From assembly GCA_002269645.1 (NCBI GenBank), contig NIVC01000195.1, positions 1 through 64,000 of the forward strand: a DNA stretch of 64,000 nucleotides. Reading direction: 5' to 3'. A model generated the notes under the pieces. That model made no database searches. It was not told the origin of the DNA and saw only the letters and a list, made by a program, of their open reading frames with translations. This DNA comes from Macrostomum lignano (lineage: Eukaryota). The translations under genes and the position numbers were made by a program. Every line of letters begins with the position of its first letter. Positions within the stretch are counted from its first letter, which is position 1. Of the stretch, positions 10,725-21,290 are shown piece after piece.

Positions 10725-13700
10725 TCAGAGAATGGCGCAGACCTCGCTCTCCTCCACCTTGTTGTTCTTGGCCTTCTTCTTGCCCTTGCCCCCTTGGCCT
10801 TGTCTCCGTGGTGATGGTGCTTCTTCTTCTTTTTCTTCGGCTTCTTGACCGGCTCCTCCGGGGTGGCGCCCGAGTTCTGCGTGTCCACGGAGACGATGGT
10901 CTCGCCTTCGTCGGAGAAGTCATCAGACCGCGGCGGCTGCCGCGTGTCGCCGGCCGAGTTGGGAGCGGCGGCAGCGGCGGCTGCGGCGGCACCGGAGGCC
11001 TCGCTGCGGCGGTTGTTGCGCTGCCGCTCGATGTCGTCGGCCAGCTGGTCCATGCCGGCTGTGCGGGCAAACTCGTCCGCCTGCAGGGTCTGGTCACCGG
11101 AGTGCACCTGCGGGACGAAGGAGATCGGAAAATGTCAGTAGGCAGGATGGTCAGGCACCAGGAGACTGGGTGTCAGGAAGACTGGGTCTCACGATAATCA
11201 GGTGTCAGGAAGACTGGGTGTCAGGAAGACTGGGTGTCAGGAAGACTGGGTGTCAGGAAGACTGGGTGTCAGGGAAGACTGGGTGTCAGGAAGACTGGAT
11301 GTCAGGATGATCAGGTGTCAGGAAGACTGGGTGTCAGGAAACTCGGGTGTCGGGAAGACCAGCTGCCCCAATCCAATCAAAAAAAGACCAGCTGCCCCAA
11401 TCAAAGGAAGACCAGCTGCCCCAATCCAATCAAAAAAGACCAGCTGCCCCAATCAAAGGAAGACCAGCTGCCCCAATCAAAGGAAGACCAGCTGCCCCAA
11501 TCAAAGGAAGACCAGCTGCCCCAATCAAAGGAAGACCAGCTGCCCCAATCAAAGGAAGACCAGCTGCCCCAATCAAAGGAAGACCAGCTGCCCCAATCAA
11601 AGGAAGACCAGCTGCCCCAATCAAAGGAAGACCAGCTGCCCCCCCCCCCCTCCCCCGATCAAAGCGCACCTCGGACGGCACCGGGATGCCCGCTTTGAGC
11701 AGCCGCCGGCCGAACTCCTCCCTCTCCTTCTCGATGCACAGGGTGATGAGGTTTCTGAACCGGTGCGGCTGGTTGGGGAAGGTTTTGTTCAGCTTGGCCA
11801 GCGCCTCGAAGGCCAGGTCCGGCCAGAAGGTCTCAGTGATCTGGTCGAACAGCTCCTCGTTGTTCTTTTCGATGGCGTCGCAGAGGCTCAGGTAGACGGC
11901 AAGCAGGTAGTGCGAGTGCCCACTCGTGTCTTTGCGCTCCACCTTGATGGCCTGCCGGTAGTGCGACTTCACCATGTCCGCGTTGCTTAGCAACGGGTAG
12001 CCGGTTGACTTGCGATTGTCTGAGCCGGCGCTGGCGGACTGAGGGCGGATAGGGTTGGGATCCGAGTTAGGGTGAATGGGATCCGAGTTAGGGTGGATGC
12101 CGGATGGGATCTGAGTCAGGGTGGATGCCGAATGGGATCTGAGTCAGGGTGGATGCCGGATGGGATCTGAGTGAGGGTGAATGCCGGATGGGATCTGAGT
12201 GAGGGTGGATGCCGGATGGGATCTGAGTGAGGGTGGATGGGATCTGAGTGAGGGTGGATCGGATCTGAGCGAGGGTGGATGGGATCTGAGCGAGGGTGGA
12301 TGGGATCTGAGTGAGGGTGGATGGGATCTGAGTGAGGGTGGATGGGATCTGAGTGAGGGTGGATGGGATCTGAGTGAAGGTGGATGGGATCTTAGTGAGG
12401 GTGGATGGGATCTGAGTGAGGGTGGATGGGATCTGAGTGAGGGTGGATGGGATCTGAGTGAGGGTGGATTTTATCTGAGGGAGGGTGGATTTGATCTGAG
12501 CGAGGGTATACGGCATATTAAAGATAGTAAAACAATCTGTGCATAGGATCACGTGACCGCTTCTCACATTGTCGGGCAGCTCGGGATCGGCCCCGGCGCG
12601 CACCAGATTGTTATACATGAACTCCTCGTCGATGCCCTGGGCGTAGTGCAACGCAGTACGGGTGCTCTGCATGGTGGCGCGGATCATTTACAAAGCGGCG
12701 AACATAAGATTTCTACTATTAGTAGCGCTATTAGAGATGTTGCTAAAATCCGCTCCAACTTCAAATAGAAACTCACGTGGTCGCGCAGGTCCACCTGGCC
12801 CGGGTGCTTGTCCAGGATGTGCTTCAGGATGAACCGGCGCTCGTAGATGACCGCCCAGTGGATGAGGCTCTGGCCTTTCTTGTCCACCACCTCGCAGGCC
12901 TCCTGGGTGGCGGTATCTCTGAAGCCGGCCGTGTTGCCGAGTATTGTCAGCTTGCGGAGATTCCGGTACAGAATCTGCGGTGCGGGAAGGGCTGGGACAT
13001 TGCGAAACAGGGGATCTCACCCCTGATATTTAAACTAGGGAATCTCACCCCTGAGATTTGAACTAAGGAATCTCACCCCTGAGATTTAAACTAGGGAATC
13101 TCACTTCTGAGATTTAAACTAGGGAATCTCACCCTTGAGATTTAAACTAGGGAATCTCACCCCTGAGATTTAAACTAGGGAATCTCACCCCTGAGATTTG
13201 AACTAAGGAATCTCACCCCTGAGATTTAAACTAGGGAATCTCACCTTGAGATTTAAACTAGGGAATCTCACCTTGAGATTTAAACTAGGGAATCTCACCT
13301 TGAGATTTAAACTAGGGAATCTCACCCTGAGATTTAAACTAGGGAATCTCACCCTGAGATTTAAACTAGGGAATCTCACCCCTGAGATTTGAACTAAGGA
13401 ATCTCACCACTAAGACCTAAATCAGGAAATCACACCCCTAAAATTCAAGAAAAGAACCTCACTATACGAAAAAACTGGGTTAATCTTACACCTGAGTCTC
13501 AATCCCAATCCCTGAGATTAAATTTCTACGAGCGTATCTCAGACATTCAATCGAGGCATAAGGATTCGAACTCGGCTCCATGACAGATTCAGCTTGCAGG
13601 GCGAGGCGCGCGCCCCGTTGCGCCTAGCAACCGGGTGATTTGGCGAGAAGCCAAGCTCCGCCATCCTTCCCACCCGCCCCACCGCCTCCCCCAGCTGAGT

Positions 13701-16700
13701 TGCAGAGGCTGTGAAAACCGCCAGTGCGGATAACTGGCTGAGGAGCCGCTTTGCTGACAGGCACGGCCTCCCACCTCCGGGGAGCAGATGGGGAGCAGAG
13801 ATGCAGAGATGGGGGTTGCGCGTGGGATGCGAAATCGGCAATAATGGCGGGTCGATGCAGTTCATCCCCACCACTCCGTTCTCCTTTGTACTGAGGAAAA
13901 ATTTCTCATTGTCAACTTTTCCCGTTGTGAAACAGTATTCCCACTGCATTGGGAAGCCAGTTGGATGGGATAGCTGTGGGAATAGAAAATGGGAAGCCTG
14001 GTGGCATTCGGCTGAGTTGGGGCCACCGTTCCTCAAGCGTAAAGTCAACTCTGTTTATTAATGAATTGATAACAGAAACTTACTAGCTGACGAGGCATTA
14101 TACAGCATTAACCCACGCCGTTTACCCACCCAGACTTTCTCGATCTGCTCCAGCCGCTGTGCCAGCTTCTTGTCCGCCTTGGCCTTGCTGTGTCGCAGCT
14201 TGGCGAGGGTCCGCCAGCCGACGCACGGCCAGTAGCCGGCGCCCAGGCAGGTCGCCCGGAGCTTCTCGTCGGACATCGCCCGCAGAGCCGGCAGCAGGGC
14301 GGCGTCCAGCTCCTCTAGCGAGTCGAGAATGGCGGAGGCGTCGAACTCGTCGCGCCGCTTCAGCTCGTTCAGCATGGCCTGATCAGCCAGGGTGCGCATC
14401 CGGCTGTCCGGCTTCCAGAACTGGTAGCCCATCTTCACCAGGTGGTCGAAGATCTCTCGCTCCTGGGCAAGGAAGGCCAGCATGATCTCGTGGTCCAGAG
14501 AGGCCAGGGAGGTCTTGTAGTCCACGCAGTTCTGCACCAGCGGCAGCAGGATGTCCTTGTTGACGTGGTTTGAGGCCTGTTGAGTAAATTTAAGCTGCGT
14601 CAGTCAGGAATTCGAGCTCTTTTGACACGCAGTCTCTCCAGACCGCCTCCCCACACGGCAAGCAGAGCTGAGCTGCCTCCCCACACGCAGAGCTCAGCCG
14701 CCTCCCCACAAGCAGAGCTCAGCCGCCTCCCCACACGCAGAGCTCAGCCGCCTCCCCACAAGCAGAGCTCAGCCGCCTCCCCACACGCAGAGCTCAGCCG
14801 CCTCCCCACAAGCAGAGCTCAGCCGCCTCCCCACACGGCAAGCAGAGCTGAGCTGCCTCCCCACACGCAGAGCTCAGCCGCCTCCCCACAAGCAGAGCTC
14901 AGCCGCCTCCCCACACGCAGAGCTCAGCCGCCTCCCCACAAGCAGAGCTCAGCCGCCTCCCCACAAGCAGAGCTCAGCCGCCTCCCCACAAGCAGAGCTC
15001 AGCCGCCTCCCCACAAGCAGAGCTCAGCTGCCTCCCCACACGGCAAGCAGAGCTCAGCTGCCTCCCCACAAGCAGAGCTCAGCCGCCTCCCCACACGGCA
15101 AGCAGAGCTCAGCTGCCTCCCCACAAGCAGAGCTCAGCCGCCTCCCCACACGGCAAGCAGAGCTCAGCTGCCTCCCCACAAGCAGAGCTCAGCCGCCTCC
15201 CCACACGCAGAGCTCAGCCGCCTCCCCACACGGCAAGCAGAGCTCAGCTGCCTCCCCACAAGCAGAGCTCAGCCGCCTCCCCACACGCAGAGCTCAGCCG
15301 CCTCCCCACACGGCAAGCAGAGCTCAGCTGCCTCCCCACAAGCAGAGCTCAGCCGCCTCCCCACACGCAGAGCTCAGCCACCTCCCCACACGGCAAGCAG
15401 AGCCGTCACGGCAGGCACTCACCTTGAAGGCAATCCAAAACGGCACCATCATGCTGCCATCCTCCTCATCTTCCCGGAAGCGGACCTGGAAGTCCACATC
15501 CGGCCTGGTCCGCTCCAGCAGCAGCTGCGCAGCCTCCAGGCTGTACTGACAGTCGATGAGCTGCCGCAGCAGTGGCTGCCGATCAGCGCTGCCGTCCTCG
15601 TTCAGGCGGCTCTCGTCATCCAGGTCCAGCCGCAGGTCCGGGTTCTCCTCCAGTGCGGCCCGAAGAGCCGAGGCGTCACCAGCCAGGCAGCGGTGCACCA
15701 GCGTCACGGTCGGGCGCATCTCAACAAGGTAGTCGCGAATCTCCGGGTGCCGCTTGGAGATGTCCAGGTGATAGTTGGTCACCTTCACCCAGTAGGAGAC
15801 CAGCTCGGCCACTTGCTGCATGTCACCCTCCTTGATTGCCTCGTCCAAGGGCGGCGTGAACATCTCCAGGGTCTTCAGCACGGCGCGGTTGGTGGTGCAC
15901 GTGCGAGCTGTGCGGCCCTTGCTGTTGGCAAAGCCGGGGTCCACCCCGATCTACGGCGGCAGTGGTGCGAAGATGTTTATTCTAATGTCATTTGTCAAGG
16001 ACCACCAGAAGCACATGTAGTCAATGGGAGAGATTGGCCTCGTGCCAAATTACAGCGGCACATGAGGCCCATGAGGCCAACCCCTAAGGGCACAGAGTGG
16101 TGCACATGCCTGACAAGGAGAAAGTCAAGGTCAAATTTCGCTATGATTTGCGGCATTGCCTGAAGCTCCTCTCCAAACAATACAAAGGGATTTTAAGACT
16201 TTAAACCCACGAGGGACAGCCACCAAGGTAGACAGTTCCAAGGAGGGCAGATGTACACCGCTGAGTGCCTGCGTTCGCACATGTACAGCCCTGAAAACAC
16301 CGGCAATTCCATCCTAGGTTCACTCAGATTGACTCACCTTGAGCAGCGCATTGATGAGGGGCAGCGGAGCCGAGCAGGCCACGGCAAAGTGCAGCGCGGT
16401 GTTCTTAGTGAGGTTGCGCATGTTGTAGTTGATGCCCGCAAGCGAGTACGCGTACACCAAGGACACCAGCCGGCCGGGGTCCAGCGACTGCAGGTTCTTG
16501 GACACCGTTAGCCAGTGCAGCCAGCCGTTGCCGTTCTTATCCTTGAAGTTGACCTCAGCCTCGGACAGCTGCGGGATGAGCTCGTGCAGCCGGTCCAGTC
16601 CTTCATCCGTGAGGCCCACCAGGATTTCCTTCATCTCCTCCATGGCGGTGGGCGGCGGCGGCTCCTGCGGTTCAACCGCCTCTTCATCAGCAAATTCCTC

Positions 16701-16889
16701 TTCCTCGCCAGCCTCGGGCTCGGCCGCTGGGGGCTCCTCGGCCGCTGGGGGCTCCTCGGCCGCTGGGGGCTCCTCGGCGGCCGGGGGATCCTCGGCGGTA
16801 TCCGGCCGCTTCTGCTGCAGCTCGGAGGCCGAGCCGGCGGGTGAGACGGCCGCCTCGTCCTCCTGCTGAGGGTCGTCCTTGTGGGTCAT
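10725..16889 (-). CDS. Ankyrin-repeat protein, 7 exons, acidic N-terminus, polybasic C-terminus ending in CaaX (CAIL); one apparent 1-nt frameshift
   Basis: Exons 16889-16338, 15950-15423, 14576-14130, 12974-12777, 12666-12568, 12038-11670, 11107-10725, all phase-0 GT-AG. Ankyrin motifs NGNGWLHWL, KNTALHFAV, KGRTAR, KGQSLIHWAV, TRTALHYA..GADPELPD. Tail KKPKKKKKKHHHHGDKAK[G5 run]GKGKKKAKNNKVEESEVCAIL*. Confidence 0.85.
11168..11345. repeat. 17-bp intronic minisatellite (gtgtcaggaagactggg)n
   Basis: Direct tandem copies in ankyrin gene intron 6, acceptor side. Confidence 0.9.
11355..11640. repeat. 24-bp intronic minisatellite (aagaccagctgccccaatcaaagg)n
   Basis: Tandem copies on donor side of ankyrin intron 6; source of the KEDQLPQS/IGAAGLPL pseudo-ORFs. 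Confidence 0.95.
12055..12505. repeat. 21-bp intronic minisatellite (gatctgagtgagggtggatgg)n
   Basis: Fills most of ankyrin intron 5. Confidence 0.95.
13010..13400. repeat. ~28-29-bp intronic minisatellite (ctgagatttaaactagggaatctcaccc)n
   Basis: Tandem copies in ankyrin intron 3; unit has an internal inverted repeat tgagatt..aatctca. Confidence 0.95.
14640..15400. repeat. 25-31-bp intronic minisatellite (gcagagctcagccgcctccccacaa)n
   Basis: Fills ankyrin intron 2; source of ORF 14580..16163. Confidence 0.95.
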
Positions 16890-18195
16890 GCCGACAGGTC
16901 CGGGTCAGTCAGGCGAGCAGAAATCGGATTCTCGGATGTCGAGCGCTTCCGTCGTGTGCTTGAGTGCTCAGGCAGAGTGGGCTGATGAGCTAAGAGAAGC
17001 TTTCTGGCTGCAGCCGGCTTTCCTATTGTTTTAAGCAGCTCCCCTGCTTTAGTGCGCTAGCGGGGCGGGCGGAATATCGATTTTTGTCCCAGCTACTCCG
17101 CATTCACTCCTCAGCCTCCGGCCCTGCAGCCGCCAGTGGATTCTGGGCTGCTCCAAGCGGCCTCCCCGCGATGGAGACGGAAAAAGTTTTTTCCGTCCAG
17201 AAATTTCTGCTCGCTCCGCTCTCCGCCGCAGCACTCCGGCTGGGAGCAAACACAGGCAAGCGGCTCTTGTCGGCCTCGTCCCAACCACGGCCAAGTGCAT
17301 TCCACAGAAACAATGCAAGCGTTGCCATAGCAACTGCAGCAGCTGGTCCCTCGCCTCTCTCCCCAGTCCATCTCTAAGCCAAATGCGGGCAAGACTTGCA
17401 GGCACTGGGGGGGGACTTCGCGTGTTTGTTGGCTGTCTTGGAAGAGAAGCGAGTGACGTCGGGCAGGTGAGCCGACGGAGGAGCAGGGCAGGTGCAGCGG
17501 ACGGGCTATTTTCCGATGCATGTCAAACACAATGCCAGGGGAGAAAGCTCCACTCATCAGCGAATTAGTCAGGCAAAACATTGCCGCAAGCCGAGCCGCT
17601 GCCGCTTGCGGGGGTGGTCGGGCGGTCTGGAATTCTGCAATCTCGTACTGTTATTGAAATAGAAAAATACTCGTAGCTCAATGTCGAGTCAGTGACTGAG
17701 CATGCAGAATGAGGGAATTGTTCGTCTCCGTTGGTTTCCTCGACGACTGCTGAACTACGCTCGTATTCTACCCTAAACACACAGCCTCATCAGTGAACGA
17801 AAGCTCGGGGTTTGCCAGTAGAACAAAGATGATTGACAAAAGCGGCTCTCGTGCCTGAGAAAATCAGGAGTCTGTGAGCGATGGAAGCTTTGCTGGCAAT
17901 TTAGAAGCAGATGGACCAAAATTAAAACTGGCGACGACTGCTAAAGAGCAAGCAGCTCAGGTGCGCATTTCTGAATCAGTCAAAGGAAAACGTGTTTTAG
18001 CGGAGCCGCAGGTGACTTGGTACGTGCAAGTCACTTCAAGCAGCCCAAAAAAGTCTGTTAAAATCGGTGTATTGGTACAGAAATTCCTAGTAGAGCTTAA
18101 GTCCCTAATATGATATTTTGTATCGATATCGGTGCCGTCAATGATTTGCCGGAGAGTAACTACTACAGCAGCATCAGCAGCGAGCAGTTCCGCTG

Positions 18196-18789
18196 TCACG
18201 GCAAGCCGGCCTCGCAGCAGCCGTTGACAACGCTCTGAGTCCTGTGGTAAATCCAGCTGCCGATGAGCACCAGCTGGCTGACCTTCTTGTTCATCACGGA
18301 CGGGTCCCAGCTGGTGCTCTCCCGCTGCAGCAGGGTGAACATGCCCGGCTCCACCAGCTCCTGCATGCTGGCCGCTGCCGAGGCCTCGCTCTCCCCGGCC
18401 AGCATCGCCGTGTCCTTGTAGATCTCACTCATCGTGTCGAACAGCGCGTTCAGCTTGGCGTCCATGTTGGCCACGTGCCAGCCAATCATCTCGCAGCTGC
18501 TGGCCCCGGTCGGGTAGCTCACGGTGGTGGCCATGTTGCACAGGGGTGTCGGCTTGGGCGTTTGGCTCCTCGCTGAAGAGCCGCTGTTCTGCTGGTTGCT
18601 CTGGTGGCCTTGGCTCTCCTGCGGCTGTGGCTGCCGCTGGACTGGCGGTCTGTGCCGCGACCTGTGCGAAGGCCTCGCCAGCGGAGGCTGCTGCAGACGC
18701 CGAGACTGGTGCTCGCACTGCAGGTGCCGGCGCTTCCGCTGCTCCGCAACCCCGTCGTCCAGTTCGCAGCGGCTCTGCTGGTCCCGCAT
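18196..18789 (-). CDS. Hypothetical protein (orphan): Gln/Arg-rich N-half, globular-looking C-half
   Basis: ATG at 18789; C-terminal half (MATTVSYPTG..LIGSWIYHRTQ) has strongly GC3-biased codons like the confirmed exons; no family recognised. Confidence 0.5.
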   Translation of the reverse strand: MRDQQSRCELDDGVAEQRKRRHLQCEHQSRRLQQPPLARPSHRSRHRPPVQRQPQPQESQGHQSNQQNSGSSARSQTPKPTPLCNMATTVSYPTGASSCEMIGWHVANMDAKLNALFDTMSEIYKDTAMLAGESEASAAASMQELVEPGMFTLLQRESTSWDPSVMNKKVSQLVLIGSWIYHRTQSVVNGCCEAGLP

Positions 18790-19039
18790 GGCGATATCGG
18801 CAGAAATGTTAATATGCAATGCAATGCAGCTCCCGACAGTGGCATCTGCGCCTGGGATGGACGAGCGAAGTGAATGGAATGTAGTGCCTAGCTCGTACCA
18901 TAGATCCGCTCATAGTGTCTATGCACTTGATGTCACTTCCGCAAAGATTACCTAATATGTAGTAAGTAGCATTATTGTAGCATTTAGTCAGTTTAGCCAT
19001 GAAGTTGTAAACTTTCCTACTGTTTGTGAAATGCTGATA

Positions 19040-19094
19040 CCCAGGAGGTGGGGTGTCACCACGGGGGGGGGGCACGGCGTCCCCCCCCACCATG
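19040..19094. mobile_element. Terminal fragment of a hAT-like MITE abutting the mariner 5' region
   Basis: Ends ..ccatggcgacgcctctg (reverse complement cagaggcgtcgcca) with G/C runs like the MITE at 49633. Confidence 0.35.
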
Positions 19095-20567
19095 AAATCC
19101 ATGGCGACGCCTCTGAGCCAAACCGTTTATTTAAATTAGGCCATATTTTCTGAGCATATTGAATAAGAAGTGTTCCCATAATCCCCAAAGTTTCATGCGT
19201 CTAATTGTCACCATTCCCTCACTGTCGCATTTTATCTCAACAAGGTCTGTGACTCTTTCAGCACTGCAATGGAGCTCAGTCGTGAACACTTTCGTGCTAT
19301 GATTTTTTATGATTTCAAGAGCGGCTTGACGTTTCACCAGTGCCACGAGCGGCTGTCTGCCGCCTTTCCCAACCTTGCGCCATCTATCGCCCCGTCACCG
19401 GCTGGTTCCGCGAGTTCAAGCGTGGCCGAGACAGCTTGGAAGACAAAGGTCGGACCGGCCGACCTGTTTCAGTGACGACGCCTGAAACTGTCGACCGCGT
19501 GCGGTGCATGATTGAAGCTGATCGGCGAGTGACGTAAAAAACGATTGAGGCATGTCTTGGCATCTCATCGCCGACAGTTGCTTCCATCCTTCGCGATCAC
19601 CTCGCTGTCCGCAAGCTGACCAGTCGCTGGGTGCCGCATTTGCTCACGGCCGAGCAGAAACAGGTCCGCATGAGCTGGTGCCAGGAAATGCTAGACAGGT
19701 TGTCACAGACATTTTCACATGTGATTAAATGTGGGTGCATTGCTACGAACCCGAGCGCAAATGCCAGTCGCGTGTGTGGGCTTTTGAAGATGAAACCCCA
19801 CCGACCAAGGGTTGTCAGGGGTCGCAGCACTGGCAAGTAAATGGTGGAAACTTTCTTCCGAAAGACCGGCCACATTGCGACTGTATAGCACTCGAGAGCC
19901 AGCGCACAGTGACTGGAGATTGGTACTGCACCATCTGCCGCGTGTCATCAGCAGCCTTGAAGAAGCGCGGCCAAAGTGCGGCGTTCGAGGTCTCTGGCTG
20001 CACCAGGACAACGCCAGTGCGCACACGGTGAATCTTCTTACAGACGGTGGGCTTCCAACAGCTGTCATCCGCTGTATTCTTCTGACCTGGCACCGTGTGA
20101 CTTTTTTCTGTTTCCATCCATCAAGAACTCCATGCGAGGGTGGCGATTTTTGTCCGCCGGAGGCTGTTTTTGCCTATAGACCGGCCGTTGAGGGGGTATC
20201 AGAGTGGCGTCACTGCTTTGCAAGTTGGTTTGAGCGGATGAGGCGGTGCATTCAAGCTGATGGAGAGTACTTTGAAAAGCTCTGAAAGTTTTATCTTTAT
20301 AGATGTTACAGGTCGGCCGGGACGGGAGATGCTCAAGCAATGGGAGGAGTACGTTGCGACATGCGGAGACAGAACAATTTGCTTCTATAAGGACAAACCA
20401 GCTGTCAGACCATCAACAGCTTCCTCTGGCTTTACAAGCATATTTTTTTAATGGAGTGCCCAAAGTATCATTTATAGGAGATTGAATTCATTATAACGAA
20501 TTGCTGTACTAGCAGCTGCTTCCGTTTTTGCTCTGGTAAGTGTCTAAACTTTCCGCACACCCCTCGT
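19095..20567 (+). mobile_element. Decayed mariner (DD34D-type) DNA transposon; transposase pseudogene at 19269-20285
   Basis: MELSREHFRAMIFYDF..WFREFKRGRDSLED..GRP..WVPHLLT..TCD*MWVHCYEP..HQDNASAH..YSSDLAPCDFFLF..GEYFEKL spread over several frames with stops; 3' TIR-like aaactttccgcacacccctcgt ends 20567; 5' TIR not found. Confidence 0.9.
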
Positions 20568-21290
20568 GAATGCTGTAGATTTTGAATGGTCTGTTCCAGC
20601 CAGCGGTCCACACCCAAGAAAGCAAAGCCGAACACAGCAAGCCGCAGTCTGCGGGGCTCCTCATGTTAGTTTTGCTCGCCAAAGCAGTTGATAGAAAAGG
20701 AAAATGGCGTCTGAGCTCTGAACTGAACCTCCACTATCCGAGAATTACAGGCTTGTATTCAATTCTATGCACAGATAACAGAGAGAGATTAATAAAACAA
20801 AACGACTGTTGAGAACTTTCTCCTCGCCCGGGCATTCGGTAGACGACTCCACGCTGGGCCGGTGTAAAAAAGTGTACGCTAAAATACAACAGCAATTGAT
20901 ACGAATAAGAAAAATGAAAAAAATAAACCATCTACCTACTAATAGTAGAGCGCGAGAATAACAAAAACATAAGCGACGTGTGGAGACTGCAGAGCGAGAG
21001 AGAGCGGGTTGATGGTGCCAAATTTAAAAAATCGGTCCGGTAGGGGCGGACAAAGGTTACAATAGGCCGGTTAACAATGGCGATTGGGGGACAGACCCAA
21101 AGCAAAACAAAGTATAAAATAGTGCGCTGTACAGACCGACTGCCAGATAAACATCATGTGTAGCAGTGATGTGCGCCTCAGAGTCGCCTCTGAGTCTGCT
21201 CAGTTTTGTTTGTTTTTGCATTCTAAAAAATATTAAAGCTTTAAAAACAATGAGAATCGAGCCGAGGACTGGTCTGGCCGCTTCCGAGCT

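Noticed and set aside
17957-18199. ILTDFFG similarity to GPI8/legumain-family C-terminus
   Set aside because: Five-residue match only; catalytic motifs absent.
20312-20405. KQWEEYVATCGDRTICFYKDK as a PH-domain exon captured by the mariner
   Set aside because: Equally resembles a decayed mariner C-terminus (WEKxVxxxGxY); no good donor or partner exons.
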